A DNA stretch of 64,000 nucleotides from Camelus ferus. Its lineage: Eukaryota. The translations under genes and the position numbers were made by a program. Below, in pieces: positions 14,568 to 26,150 of the stretch (positions are counted from its first letter, which is position 1; each line of letters opens with the position of its first letter). The notes under the pieces are model-generated. The model was given only the letters and a program-made list of their open reading frames with translations. It searched no databases and had not been told where the DNA came from. The stretch covers positions 26,290,001 to 26,354,000 of the forward strand of contig NC_045696.1 in the NCBI RefSeq assembly GCF_009834535.1, in the 5' to 3' direction.

Positions 14568-17070
14568 GACACAATCGTGTCATTCTTGTTTTACACGGTA
14601 TTCCTTAACCATTTTATACGACAGCGCCAAGCATATTGTAGTATTTTCAGTATCTTCCTGCAGAATTGAATCAATTTGTTACAAATCTTTATGTCATAAA
14701 TATGAACTATATTTTCTCAAACACACAGTAATTCAGAATTTTCTAATCTTACAGAATAACTTTCTAAGTCACAGTGCTTGTCAATGTAAACAAGAATGCC
14801 AAGCAAATCCAGGTTATGATTAGTTCATTAAACCCTCCTTTGTGCTTTTCTGCTCATACACAGAAATGAATATTTGGGTTCTGGCCAGTTCGATTTCTGT
14901 TTTTCCCCGATGGAGATTTGAACCCTTGTATTCTGAATATAGATCTGAAAACAAGTGCTATGCCAAATTTGTACCTATTTTATCTTTTTTTTTTTTTCAA
15001 GTATAACTTACTACTACCCTCCCAGCTTTTGTCATTTCAACCAGATTCTTTTTAGTTCACAAAGTTTATTTCTCTTCACCCTGTTCAAAAAGCTGTTTGG
15101 AGCTTTAGGTAATACACATATCACTGCATGTTCTTGTTTTGCCTTACTTGTCAAACCACGTTGAAAATATAGCTCTCTATAATTCTTTATAGAATAAGGG
15201 CTTACTGAGAAAAATATATATAGACTCAAATTTGGACTCACTTTGTTTTTTTACATTTATAAGACTATTTTAGCTCTCTTTACCTAACATACATGAATCC
15301 TTTACTATAAAGAACACTTCTATTCTTTATCACTTGCAGTAAAGCACAGGGCAAAATCCAAGACAGAAATGAATACTTAGTACAAAAATTAGAAACAATG
15401 AATATTTCATGTTATTGTGTTTACATTTGTGAGTGGATTATACAAACCTCAGAAACATCTAAGCACCTATCAGAACATTTATACAATTTAAGGAGCGTAA
15501 AAATGACTTTTCTTTTTCCTAAGAGTACGTTCTCTGTGTGCTGTGCTAGAACCTCCTGAAAAGGTTGTTTTTGTCTCTTGAATGTTTTATCTGAGAGAGA
15601 GAGAGATGAAACACATTTTATTACCCACAAAGACTTAGGATAAAAGAAATGGTATCACTAAGCAAAAATGAATTACTATACAAACCCCAAAGAGCATTTT
15701 ACAAGTTGAAGAGGGTACAGTACCAATTATACTATTATCTCACCCTACTCGCTGGGTGAATAGTCTGAAAGCCTAAAATTACAGTTGATGTTAGATTTCT
15801 TGGCTTCATTTGCAAATGGGAGTCATTTTCTTTTTTTTTGTGACTGCCATAAACACATGTTATATTGTTTAAGAGCAGCAATCCTTAGTTTGTTATGATA
15901 TTTTCTCCTTTTTTTGTCCCCCATGTCAAAGGACCATTTTTTTCCCCCTCTTAATCTGGCTTGTTGCAAATTGATGTAATAGTGTGTTTCTGAATGATTT
16001 ACAGTGGTCTTAAGTACCATTTGAGCAGAGGCTTTTTGGCATGTGATTTGTTAGGAGACCAGTTCTGGAGAAGGTCCTCCAACTGGCCAGATGTGTCATT
16101 TTGGAACAGATTGAGGGCCTGCCAAAACACCATTTGTTGCCAGTACCAGATATTGTAGGGGTACTCACCACCCTGTTACCATATTTTTGCACATCTTAAC
16201 ATTGCATAAATAGGCAGCTGTTCTGTATTTAGAATATAAATGAGTCACCAGCTTGCTCTCCCTTGAGGATTTACCTGCAGTAGGGAACCACAGTGTTAAC
16301 TCCTTCTTACCCTCCTGTTTTAACATCACATTTAAATACACACTCTCTCAGCCCATTCAGAAGCAAATCTTTATGCATGTAAATCACACCTTTCTTGCCA
16401 GTTAGACAAAAGAACCAAAAAATGTGCAGTTCACTGTGCTAAAATGGAACACATTTCCTCAGCAGCGAAAGCGGTACATTAATCAGCATATAAACTGAGA
16501 GTGAGCAATTTGTGCGGAATTCTAATCTCATAAAAGGCCATAAGTTCATTAAGATGGAAAACCATGTTGTTTCAAGAGACAAGAAAAGAAAAGCCTAAAA
16601 GTCACTCAGTTGTCTCTCTGGACCTATTTTCAGGACAGAGAACTTTTATTTATTTGGAGAATGACAATTAACCTAGAGACTTGGCCCAACAAAGAAGCAG
16701 AGTGCTGAAGTGGGTCTCATTACAGGACATCAAAGGCAGTTGGTTTGACCTAATCCACATTTGCAGCAGATGATTTACATAACAGGCTAGCCCAGCTGCC
16801 CAGTTTTGATTTCAAATAGCTTGACCAAATTATATATATAAAATGTATATGTGTGTGAATGTGTATATATGTACACACACACATAGAGAGAGAGACATAT
16901 ATGCACACTATTTGTGCGTGCATAATTGTTTGTTTAACCCCAAGATACACTTGGGGGGAAAAAAACTTGTCAGTGTTAGAATATCAAAGAATAGGAAAAG
17001 TCAAGGCATTAACAAAAAGCAAAGGCAGTTATGGTTTATGGTTTATGGTATATTAACTGGTTTCAACTAC

Positions 17071-17280
17071 TTTTTTAAATTGAATTATTGTTGACTTACA
17101 ATATTGTATTAGTTTCAGGTGTACAACATAGTGATTCAAGTATTTTTATAAACTACACACCATACAAAGTTGTTATAAAATGTTGACTATATTCCTTGTG
17201 TTGTACATCACATCCTTGTAACTTATTTATTTTGTAACTGGTAGTTTGTACACCTTAATCTCCTTTACCTGTTTTCTCAA
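17071..17280 (-). mobile_element. L1 LINE 3' end (L1MA-like)
   Basis: ttttttaaattgaa...gttgacttacaatattgtattagtttcaggtgtacaacatagtgattc...gtaactggtagtttgtac is a typical reversed L1 3' UTR. Confidence 0.8.
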
Positions 17281-18205
17281 CTGCTTTTTCAAATGTTTAC
17301 CCTAAAATAGACATAGTCCTTATTTACTAAATAAGCCAGCATTCTGCAATCTGAGAGGACCGAGTCATTTCTCCAGGCTTTCCATCTTGCCAGGGGAAGT
17401 ACACAGATAGATAGGTGACATTTGGAGATCCAGGCATGCCAGATTTTCAGAGGTTACAACGGAGGTCCAACCTGCTGTTCTCCTAATGAAAGGAGGGGAA
17501 ATTCAGACTGGCAAAAGTGCTATAAGGGATATCTCTGCTTCGAATGTCACGCTGCCCAGATGTCGCTTGGCAGGTGGAGATGCAGACAGAATGGAAATGT
17601 AGCCCTGTGTATGTGGGTGCTAGTGCGTTGCAAGGGTGAACAATGAGTCTATCTTCTGAAGAGTAATGAAAACACTGTGGATCTTGTCCATATTCATGTC
17701 ATGAGAGAGGGTTTTCTCAAAGAGTTCTCACCCTGCTTCCCCTCCCAGACGGACATGCATACATGCTCCCAGACCACATGCACGTGACTTGTTTCAGAGC
17801 TTTAAGTATAAGGTGGCAATTTATTTTAATGTATTTATATACATGTATGTATATGTGTATTTTTAATAGAAAACAGGATCATACTACATAAATTGTTTGG
17901 TACTGTGAATTTGTATTAAATCTGAAAGCTATATCATGAATGTTTCCTATCCTATTGTCCTTTGACTTACCTCATTTTTTAATCAGATTTTATAGCAAAG
18001 ATTCATGATCATATAGTCAGCCATTCTCCTGTTGATGAGCAGTTAGGTTGGCTCTAAAATATTCTAAAGTGGGCCAGGCTTTGTTCTCGGCAAATATCCT
18101 GGCAAATATTATTAGAATAAAGTAAGATTTCGAAGTCACCCTTTGCAAGAGAAAGCTAAGGTTACTGTCACTGAGTTTTCTTTTACTCCAATTGTTTTTC
18201 TTCAG

Positions 18206-18363
18206 TGTTACGAGATGACTTCCGGCAAAATCCCACAGATGTTGTAGTGGCAGCCGGAGAGCCTGCAATCCTGGAGTGCCAGCCTCCCCGGGGACACCCA
18301 GAGCCCACCATCTACTGGAAGAAAGACAAAATTCGAATTGACGACAAGGAAGAAAGAATAAGT
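18206..18363 (+). CDS. ROBO2: ROBO2 coding exon (exon 3, 158 nt), first part of Ig domain 2
   Basis: Acceptor ttgtttttcttcag|, donor |gtgagt. After 2 nt completing a split codon it reads [52 protein letters not shown], recognised as ROBO2 Ig2. Ends in phase 0. Confidence 0.97.
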
Positions 18364-19534
18364 GTGAGTTAAATTAAAATGAACACCTAGAAAGATTGAA
18401 TATCCAGTCTTAACTTGGATGTATTTTATTCTTTTCTTTATTGTTAATAAAGTTGTAGAACTGTATTTGAGTGCTAATTACCATTTACACTGTATTGAAA
18501 GGACTGAAAAAGGGTAACCAAAACCAAAAACTTCTAAATGAGGCTTCAAAGAGACAAAAATTGTATAAATCAAGTGTCCATGATGTATTAATAATTGCAT
18601 CAACCTGAATATGTAGATATATCTTATGCAGTGGAATATTGACGTTGAACCTCGTTTCAAGATCTCCAAACGTATCTTTTGATCACGCAGTACATGACTG
18701 TAAATAAATGATGGCTATAAACCATATAAACTAGAACGTTTCTTTTTGCACTACTTTCAAAATTAAAAGAGGAAATAATTTGAAGTGATAAGTATTTCAA
18801 GCTCTTTTCCAATTTTTCCAATGTAATAATATTTATATCTAAAATATTACACATTGAATTTGTTAAAAGTTGAAGAGATATTAAAATCAGTGGAAAAATG
18901 ACTACCTGGTTCTGCAATTTAGCTCTTATAGAAAAATAGTCTGTTTTCAAAGGAAATTCTTGATCAAGTTAATCAGTTGATTAATATTCAAAATAAAACA
19001 CCCAGGAAAGGGTAAAAAGGTTAAGGGGAATGGCATACAATAATTTTATTTTTTTCAGAAGATCCACTCAACATGTATGTGAAGTTTGTAAGTGAAAACA
19101 GTCCACTGAAATAGTAGATAATGCCTCAGCCTTCTGACATTGTTTTTAGTATAATTTTTATATTCAATACAATAATTGAGAATGAATATATTTTATTTAA
19201 AGTCATGACATTTAAGTGAACAAATATGTCATTTCTATCACAAAGTCCATATTGTCTGAGTGGCTCTTATCTTTTAAATTGTCTTAAGTTTGAGGGTTTT
19301 TTCTTACACATGCATTGTGATTACATCATAGCACAGAGCCAGAGAGGCCAGGCAAGAGTATCGCATACATCACAGTGTGTGTCCATGTGATTCTGGCTTG
19401 GACTGTTGACACTGCGAGGACCTATACGGAAGGAGAATTTGGCTCCCAATTGTCTGTGCTTGGATACCAAACTTATGAAAATGTGCTCTCGGTAATGGAG
19501 TCAAATCAATGTTCAAGGGTTTCTGATTCATGAT

Positions 19535-20080
19535 TGTGTGATTTAGCTTTTGCTTTTTAACAAACCATGCCAAAATACAGTGGCTTCTAATAACCATTAT
19601 ATTTACACTATGATTCTGTAGGGAAGCTGACAGTTCTTTGCTCTGGGACAACCTGGCTGATCTTTGCTAGGTTTTCTCATGGTTTCGTGGCTTGTTAAAG
19701 GTGTGCTGGCAGCTGAATAATCCAGGATAACCTAACTCACATGTCTGACCATTGACTGCCTCTCAGCCAGGCATCTTGGTTTTTCACCTCATGGCCCCTC
19801 ATTTTCAAGCAGGCTAGCTCAGGCTGGTTCCCATGGTGGTCTCAGGGTTCCAACTGTAGCAAGAGAAAGCAAGTCCCAGTGTGTGACCACTTTTCTTCTG
19901 GTGAAACATTGCTTTATTTCCATTGGTCAAATCAAGTCATATTGTCACATTCATCTTCAGGGGAGGAAAAATGGCCTCTGTGGTTTATAGCCTAACATTC
20001 ATTATGCTCCACTGCATATAGTTGAGAACAGGTTGACGGTATTTTCTTCCTATGTTAAAAAAAAAAAGTTGCAAATCCCT
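19535..20080 (-). mobile_element. MaLR LTR (MLT1H/I-like)
   Basis: taacaaaccatgccaaaatacagtggctt...tatgattctgt...actcacatgtctg...gcaggctagctcaggct...catggtggtctcagggttcc...cattggtcaaatcaagtca. Confidence 0.7.
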
Positions 20081-21119
20081 TTGTATGACATGACAAGTTT
20101 TAGAGCCTGAAATATGTCTGATGAAAACATACCTGCTTAAGTTCTGTCTGCCTTTGAAATTAAAAATTAATGGAGGAAACCAGCATGTTCTTACCTCATA
20201 TCTCTTTAAGAACACTCAATCGTTATAAAGTTAAGATTGTTGAACTAGATAAATACCAAAAAAGCCCTCAAAATCAGAAAAGAAGCTGTAAGTTGATGAT
20301 ACACTTACTGAAAACGTAATTCTGCTTTAATGTCCTCTTCAACAAACAGATATTTTAACATTATCATATTTGTTTATTCAATCAATAAATGCTTCTCATT
20401 TAAGAAACATTAATGGAGCACCTATTAGAAGCCAACGATTTGTACCAACTCATAGTCATCATTTTAAGAACTTTGTTTTTATCAAACCCAACCTCCTCTT
20501 CAAAAATTATCTCATAAATGCAATTAGGATGAGACAAAGATAATTTTAATACTAACAACTGAAATGTAAACTCCACAAAGGCAGACATTTTTATTATTTG
20601 GTTTACTATTGAAACTCAAGGGCCTAGAACATTGTCCAGCCCCAAAGGTACTCCACAAATACTTGCTGAATTCTTCTGGATCAGTTGGATTTCATTATAT
20701 TATCCAAAGCAGATAATAACTCTTTTCTGGTGACAAATGTCAATGGGAGCTCATTCAACAGAATCAGAGTGAAGACTAACCCCTGGGGTTTGACGGGGAC
20801 AGTCACAAGACTGATAGGACCAGGCGAGAAATAGGAAGACGACCTTAAAGAAGCATTACCTAGAAAGGGAGCACGGAGGCTTATACCAAGGGGGGATTTA
20901 AGAGCAGAAAGGACAGGATTTAAGAGAAGATAGGACACATGCAGATACCAAAGCAGTGGGAGAGTTTTGTGTCTTAGACACTGAGCTATTTCCCTTAGGG
21001 AGAAAATATGCTTAAATACTCAAAATTATTTATTAGTGACCTTTCTTTCTTTGTTTGTTTCTTTTCCTTTCATTTTCTTTTCTTTTCTTTCTTTTTCTTT
21101 CCTTTTTCAATTTTAACAG

Positions 21120-21240
21120 ATCCGTGGTGGAAAACTGATGATCTCCAACACCAGGAAAAGTGATGCAGGGATGTACACCTGTGTTGGCACCAATATGGTG
21201 GGAGAAAGAGACAGCGATCCAGCAGAGCTGACTGTCTTTG
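21120..21240 (+). CDS. ROBO2: ROBO2 coding exon (exon 4, 121 nt), second part of Ig domain 2
   Basis: Long pyrimidine tract ending ttttaacag|, donor |gtaaaa. Reads [40 protein letters not shown] plus 1 nt, with the Ig D-x-G-x-Y-x-C motif. In frame with the previous exon. Confidence 0.97.
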
Positions 21241-23542
21241 GTAAAACTCTCTTTTAAATTATAAATTGCTATTTATATCTACTTTTCCTTTGCTTTTAAA
21301 CTTTTTTATTACACCAGGCTGTATAGGAACAGTTAACTTATGACTTGTGCTGAGCATTGATAGACTAGAATTGTCTTGTTTTCTGGTTTTGTCTTTCATA
21401 TGAAATCTTTGCTATGAAGAAAAACAAAACTTTTGAAACATTAATTTACCTGCTTTATTCATATGTATTTATAGGATTTTGCCTTTCATCAAAATGTAAA
21501 AACTTGCTCTTTCTCCAAATCTATTTGAGAGATTATATCCACCTAAAGTTTATCATTCATTCCATTGTGATACATTTATCAAGTATTTATTATGTATATG
21601 ACCCAGGGTAAGGTTTTTAAAAATTAGAGAGTGCAGTGTAAAGACATTGCACTTGTTTTCTGCTTTAGGAAATTTCAGTGGAGCTATTTGCAGTTTTAGT
21701 TCATGACAAAAAGACAAGCTTGCCAGCTATATGCACACACAATCAAAATTAGAAAAAAAATATAGTAAACTGTTTTGCTATGGTATTCATGATATGATAT
21801 GAATATCATATTAATTCAATAATTAGCATCGAAAACCCACAAGTACGGTTTCTTCAACTATAAGAACCAAGGGACTCTTGGGAGTAATTCAGTTAATTGG
21901 TTGAAACCTGATTAGATCTGTATTACAGACATAGTGGCGAAGGCATTAGGAAGGAGAAGATTGGACATGATAAAGATGGTCGAGAAAGCAAAAGTAAGGA
22001 CAATACTACAGGGCAGCTGTGGAAAACTAAAAAAGAAATACAGTGACAGAAAACTGAGGAAAACAGGGATTCCAAAGATACCAGAAAATTAAACATTCCT
22101 TTAGAAGACACTAAAGTCCCATTCAAGTCTCATGTGGAGACATTTATTATACACGCACACAAATGCATGTACACAGACAAATACATAAGTACTTATACAC
22201 ACATTTATTACAGATGTTTATCTATCTATCTATATTTGAATAAAAGAATCACTATTGCAGATATTGCATGATTTTTCTTAAATACAAAAGATAATTGTGA
22301 ATTTTAAATTCCTTTTTTTTGTGCCAGTAAAACAATCTTCTGGATCTATGCATGATATGTTAAGGTCCTATTTCTGGTCATTACTCCAGAACATACCCGA
22401 GGACAGAATCAGAATCCAGCATACATCCCAAAGAACCTCTTTTGCCTTTTGAGATGTGCCACCCATGGTGTAATGGGAGTGCCACGATGCAAAAAAGAGC
22501 CATGTTATGATTTCCATCACATTTAGAGTGTTAAGGTGTGCTTTATGAATATGTACCAGAGGGCTCTGAGTACTGAGTAATCTCTGGTAATACTCCTGTG
22601 GATACTAAGCAGCTTGAAGTCCCAAATAACAAAACCAGGAGAAACCCCATAATTCATTAAAGGAATTGAACAGTAGAAATAAAACTGTTCAAAGTACGCA
22701 TGCAAATTTCTCTCCTGTGGAGCTTAGACAAGTATCAGTTTGCCCTTAAACTTCATGCAGTCATCTATAAAGGTCCGAAAATGTGCTTTACACCGTAATG
22801 AATAAAATACAGTTTTGCCTGCTAAGATATGAAATTAGTGGTCACTGAACATTAGCATTGAAAACCCACAAGTACAGCTCTTCTATTTAAAGAAACACTC
22901 ATCTCTCTTTTTCTGTAGCTACCACAAGCTTTGGAACAGAAAAATGTTGCATTACAGCAGTATATATTGCCTTCAGAAGGAAATTGAAAGGTTTAGTGTC
23001 ATTACCCAAGCAATTAGACTTACCAAAATGTGACTGTGTTATGAAATATTTACCCTGTTTTCCCTAAAGACATGATGAGAACTACAGGAGATCCCTAAAC
23101 ATGTCAGGAGTTACAGGGGGGACTTCTAAATTATTTTGAAAGTAGCTATAAACCAAAGAGATTGAATTTGTCTAGAGGCAGTTCCTCTGGAACAATTGAT
23201 TTAGAAAGCTGAGAAACATTTATCTCATGGTGTAAACTAATCAGAACTGACCTAAGGGGTTATAAGTATAATATTAAGTTGAGGGAAAAACTAAAATTCC
23301 ATTATTGATAAGAAAATAACATCCAAATTCAGAAATGGAACATGAAAATAGTAGTGATGGTCTAAATCATGGTTGTGACAAAGTATTACTTGAGAGAGAA
23401 CCCTCCTGCATCTTGATTCCCTAATTCTTAGAGAATATAAAATAGTGTGCTATGTTTAATGAGTCCTTCTTTATTTCATTTTGATGATCTTGCATCCAGA
23501 AAATGTTTTCTAGCAAACCTGTTTGTGTTTCATCGCTGTTAC

Positions 23543-23652
23543 TTTCCTTTCTTTCTTTTTCTCTTTCTTTCTTTCTCTTTCTTCCTTTCTTTCTTCCTTC
23601 CTTCCTTCCTTCCTTCCTTCCTTCCTTCCTTCCTTCCTTCCTTCCTTCCTTC

Positions 23653-23715
<63 letters not shown>

Positions 23716-23716
23716 T
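23543..23716. repeat. Compound (CCTT)n(CTTT)n polypyrimidine microsatellite
   Basis: About 170 nt of only C and T, with a CCTT block followed by a CTTT block. Confidence 0.97.
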
Positions 23717-24489
23717 GATACTATCATTTCTGATCTAAGGTTCATAAAAGAAAAACTGGTTACATTTTATCCCTCTTCCTTCTCAATTATGTTTTCATGT
23801 AGCAGCAATTCTGCCTTAAAAATTCTGGCTACTAGAACCACTCTATACTCTTCCAGCTACAGGTAGTTTATAAGTGTCCTTTGCAGCTCAGTCTTTAATT
23901 TATGTAATACAGAGAAAAAAACTGATGATATTTAATTATTCAAAAATACAACTCCATTATAAATGGCAAAGACACCAATGAAAGGGATAAAGGGTCTTTG
24001 TCAGTGCAATAGCCATCTGTAAGTTTTGATTCTTTATTAAGTGGTCTTTCACTTAGAAGGTATTTTTTTAGGTTGAAAATTGCAACTTATGCTTTTAAAA
24101 TCGGCCCTTTAGACAAAGACATAATTAGTGTAACTTAATTTTCAAAATGTTACAGTGCCATTCTCTATGAATCATTTATTCTGTTCTTCTTTAATATTTG
24201 TTGGCTATAAAATAGCATCCTAGTTAAGTGGCAGTACCAAATCTAAAAATTAGAAGTAGGCATCATGGTGTAAATAGACACTAAAATCTGTGGCACAGTC
24301 TAGATGTCTTCATAAAGAATACTTCCTAGCAATTTACAAATATCAATTAAATTCTAAAGATCCTGAAGACAGAAACTAGAGTTGACTTACATAATTACAT
24401 TTCTAATTATGGGTAGGTTTGGGATATCTGTTATCCAAAATTTAACTGTCATTAAAAAACAACCAAAAATAACAATTTTTTCCAAATGA

Positions 24490-24613
24490 TTTTTAATTGT
24501 TTATCAAAATAATACATAAAAAAAGATTTTCTATGTTACATTCCTAATAGACATTGGAAGAATTACAAAACTTATAATGAAATACAGAAGTATCTTCCTG
24601 CCTCCCCTCCTCC

Positions 24614-24655
<42 letters not shown>

Positions 24656-26150
24656 ACATACACATTCTCTTCTTTGAACATTCCTGTAAGCCTGTTTTAT
24701 CTTTTTAGGAATTTATTTCCATATTTCTATGTGCTGATTCTGCAATCTTATACATTATTTTGACTTCTTATTTTGGAAGATGATGATTTGACCCACTTAT
24801 ACTCCCTTCCCCACCTTCTCACCTCCACTTTCTTTTTGTCCTTTCAGTATATTGACTTCAGAAACATTGGTTATATTAATATTTAGAATTTAAATTATTA
24901 TAACCATGTAAATATTGACTATGAACTAAGTGTTATGCTATTACAATGACATTTTTTCTGGTATTATATTTAGTCTTCTTTAAGTTAATAATAAGCTTAT
25001 TTTTCCCTTTAACTAATATCTATCTATACTTGTGATGAATTCTTGAAATCCTCAACAGAAGGTTTAAAATTCTCTAAATTCTGTTTAGCTGTTAAGTCCA
25101 CCCTGGCTACAGCCTTCCTGCAGGCCTCAGATCTTCTGCCCAATTTGACAGGCTGGATGCTAGTTAGGTCTACCCCAGAAACTTCATTCTGATATCCATC
25201 TTCCCTTTCCTCTGTTGCTGGATTCCCTGTCTTCTGTATCCTGTATTTGGTTTTTTTCTTGGTTTAACTCCTATATTCAGAACAGTGTTTTCTCTCCTGT
25301 TTTCTGCTTGACTGGAGCGTAGAGTACATTCCAGACCAAACTGTCTTTATTTTATCCAAAGCTTAACGAACACTTTGGCTGGTTATAGAATTCAAGTTTA
25401 AAACAAGTATTTTTGCTCAGAATATTAAATATTAAAGTTGCCACTCCAATATCATTTTGCTTCCACTGTTACTCTTGAGAAGTGTACTGTACTTTTGATC
25501 CCTATGTGATCATTTTTTTATTTTTTCTCTTAACAAACTTTACTTAGTACTTTCTCTTTATCCCAGTGTTCTGAAATGTTTTAACAGTATGCCTCGGTTT
25601 GGTACTTTTTTCGTTTACTCGCTGGACATTCGGTGAGCAATCTCAATCTAAAAATGCTCTATTGAAACAATTCAGTGAAATATACTCTCTTTTTTTTTTC
25701 TATTTCATTTCTCTGTCAAGCAAAAATTCACTAATTAGATGTTAAATCTCCTAGGTCTTTCTTTTCTTGAATTATTCCTTATTTATAGCATCTTGTTCTT
25801 ATTTCATGGATATTTTAACTTCTCTTGTATCTTAGGATTTTAATAATAAAATAAATAAATAAATTTATTTAAATAAATAAATTCTGTTTAAATAAAATCT
25901 TCTGTTTAAATAAAATCTTCTCATGATGTATACCTGCTTTTATTTTTTCTAAGTTCCTCTCCCTGCCCTCCTCCATGCATTGTTCTGTCTTTTACACTGG
26001 AGACTTTCTTCAAATGGCAAGCAATCTGTTGTTCATTCATATTTAATTGCTGTTCACTAAAAAGACTATTGGAAACGGTGTCAGCTGATGGCTTTCACAG
26101 TAGGATAATCAGATTGGGCACTAACCACTTTGTTGGGAATGGGGACAGAG
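24490..26150 (-). mobile_element. Ancient degraded L1ME/HAL1-like fragment
   Basis: T-rich stretch with reversed L1-like motifs (ttggctggttatagaattc; ttccactgttactcttgagaagt; ttagatgttaaatctcct). Boundaries uncertain. Confidence 0.45.
24617..24664. repeat. (CA)n microsatellite
   Basis: 17 perfect CA units followed by an imperfect tail. Confidence 0.95.

Noticed and set aside
18017..18268. Antisense ORF overlapping exon 3
   Set aside because: No recognisable protein; a chance open frame opposite the exon and its acceptor.
23447..23866. Longest ORF (139 aa) and overlapping F/L/S-rich and K/E/R-rich ORFs
   Set aside because: These are translations of the CCTT/CTTT microsatellite, which lacks stop codons.
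25882..25920. 18-bp tandem duplication (ttctgtttaaataaaatc x2); a similar 13-bp duplication at 40305-40330
   Set aside because: Ordinary slippage duplications with no spacers; not CRISPR-like or array-like.
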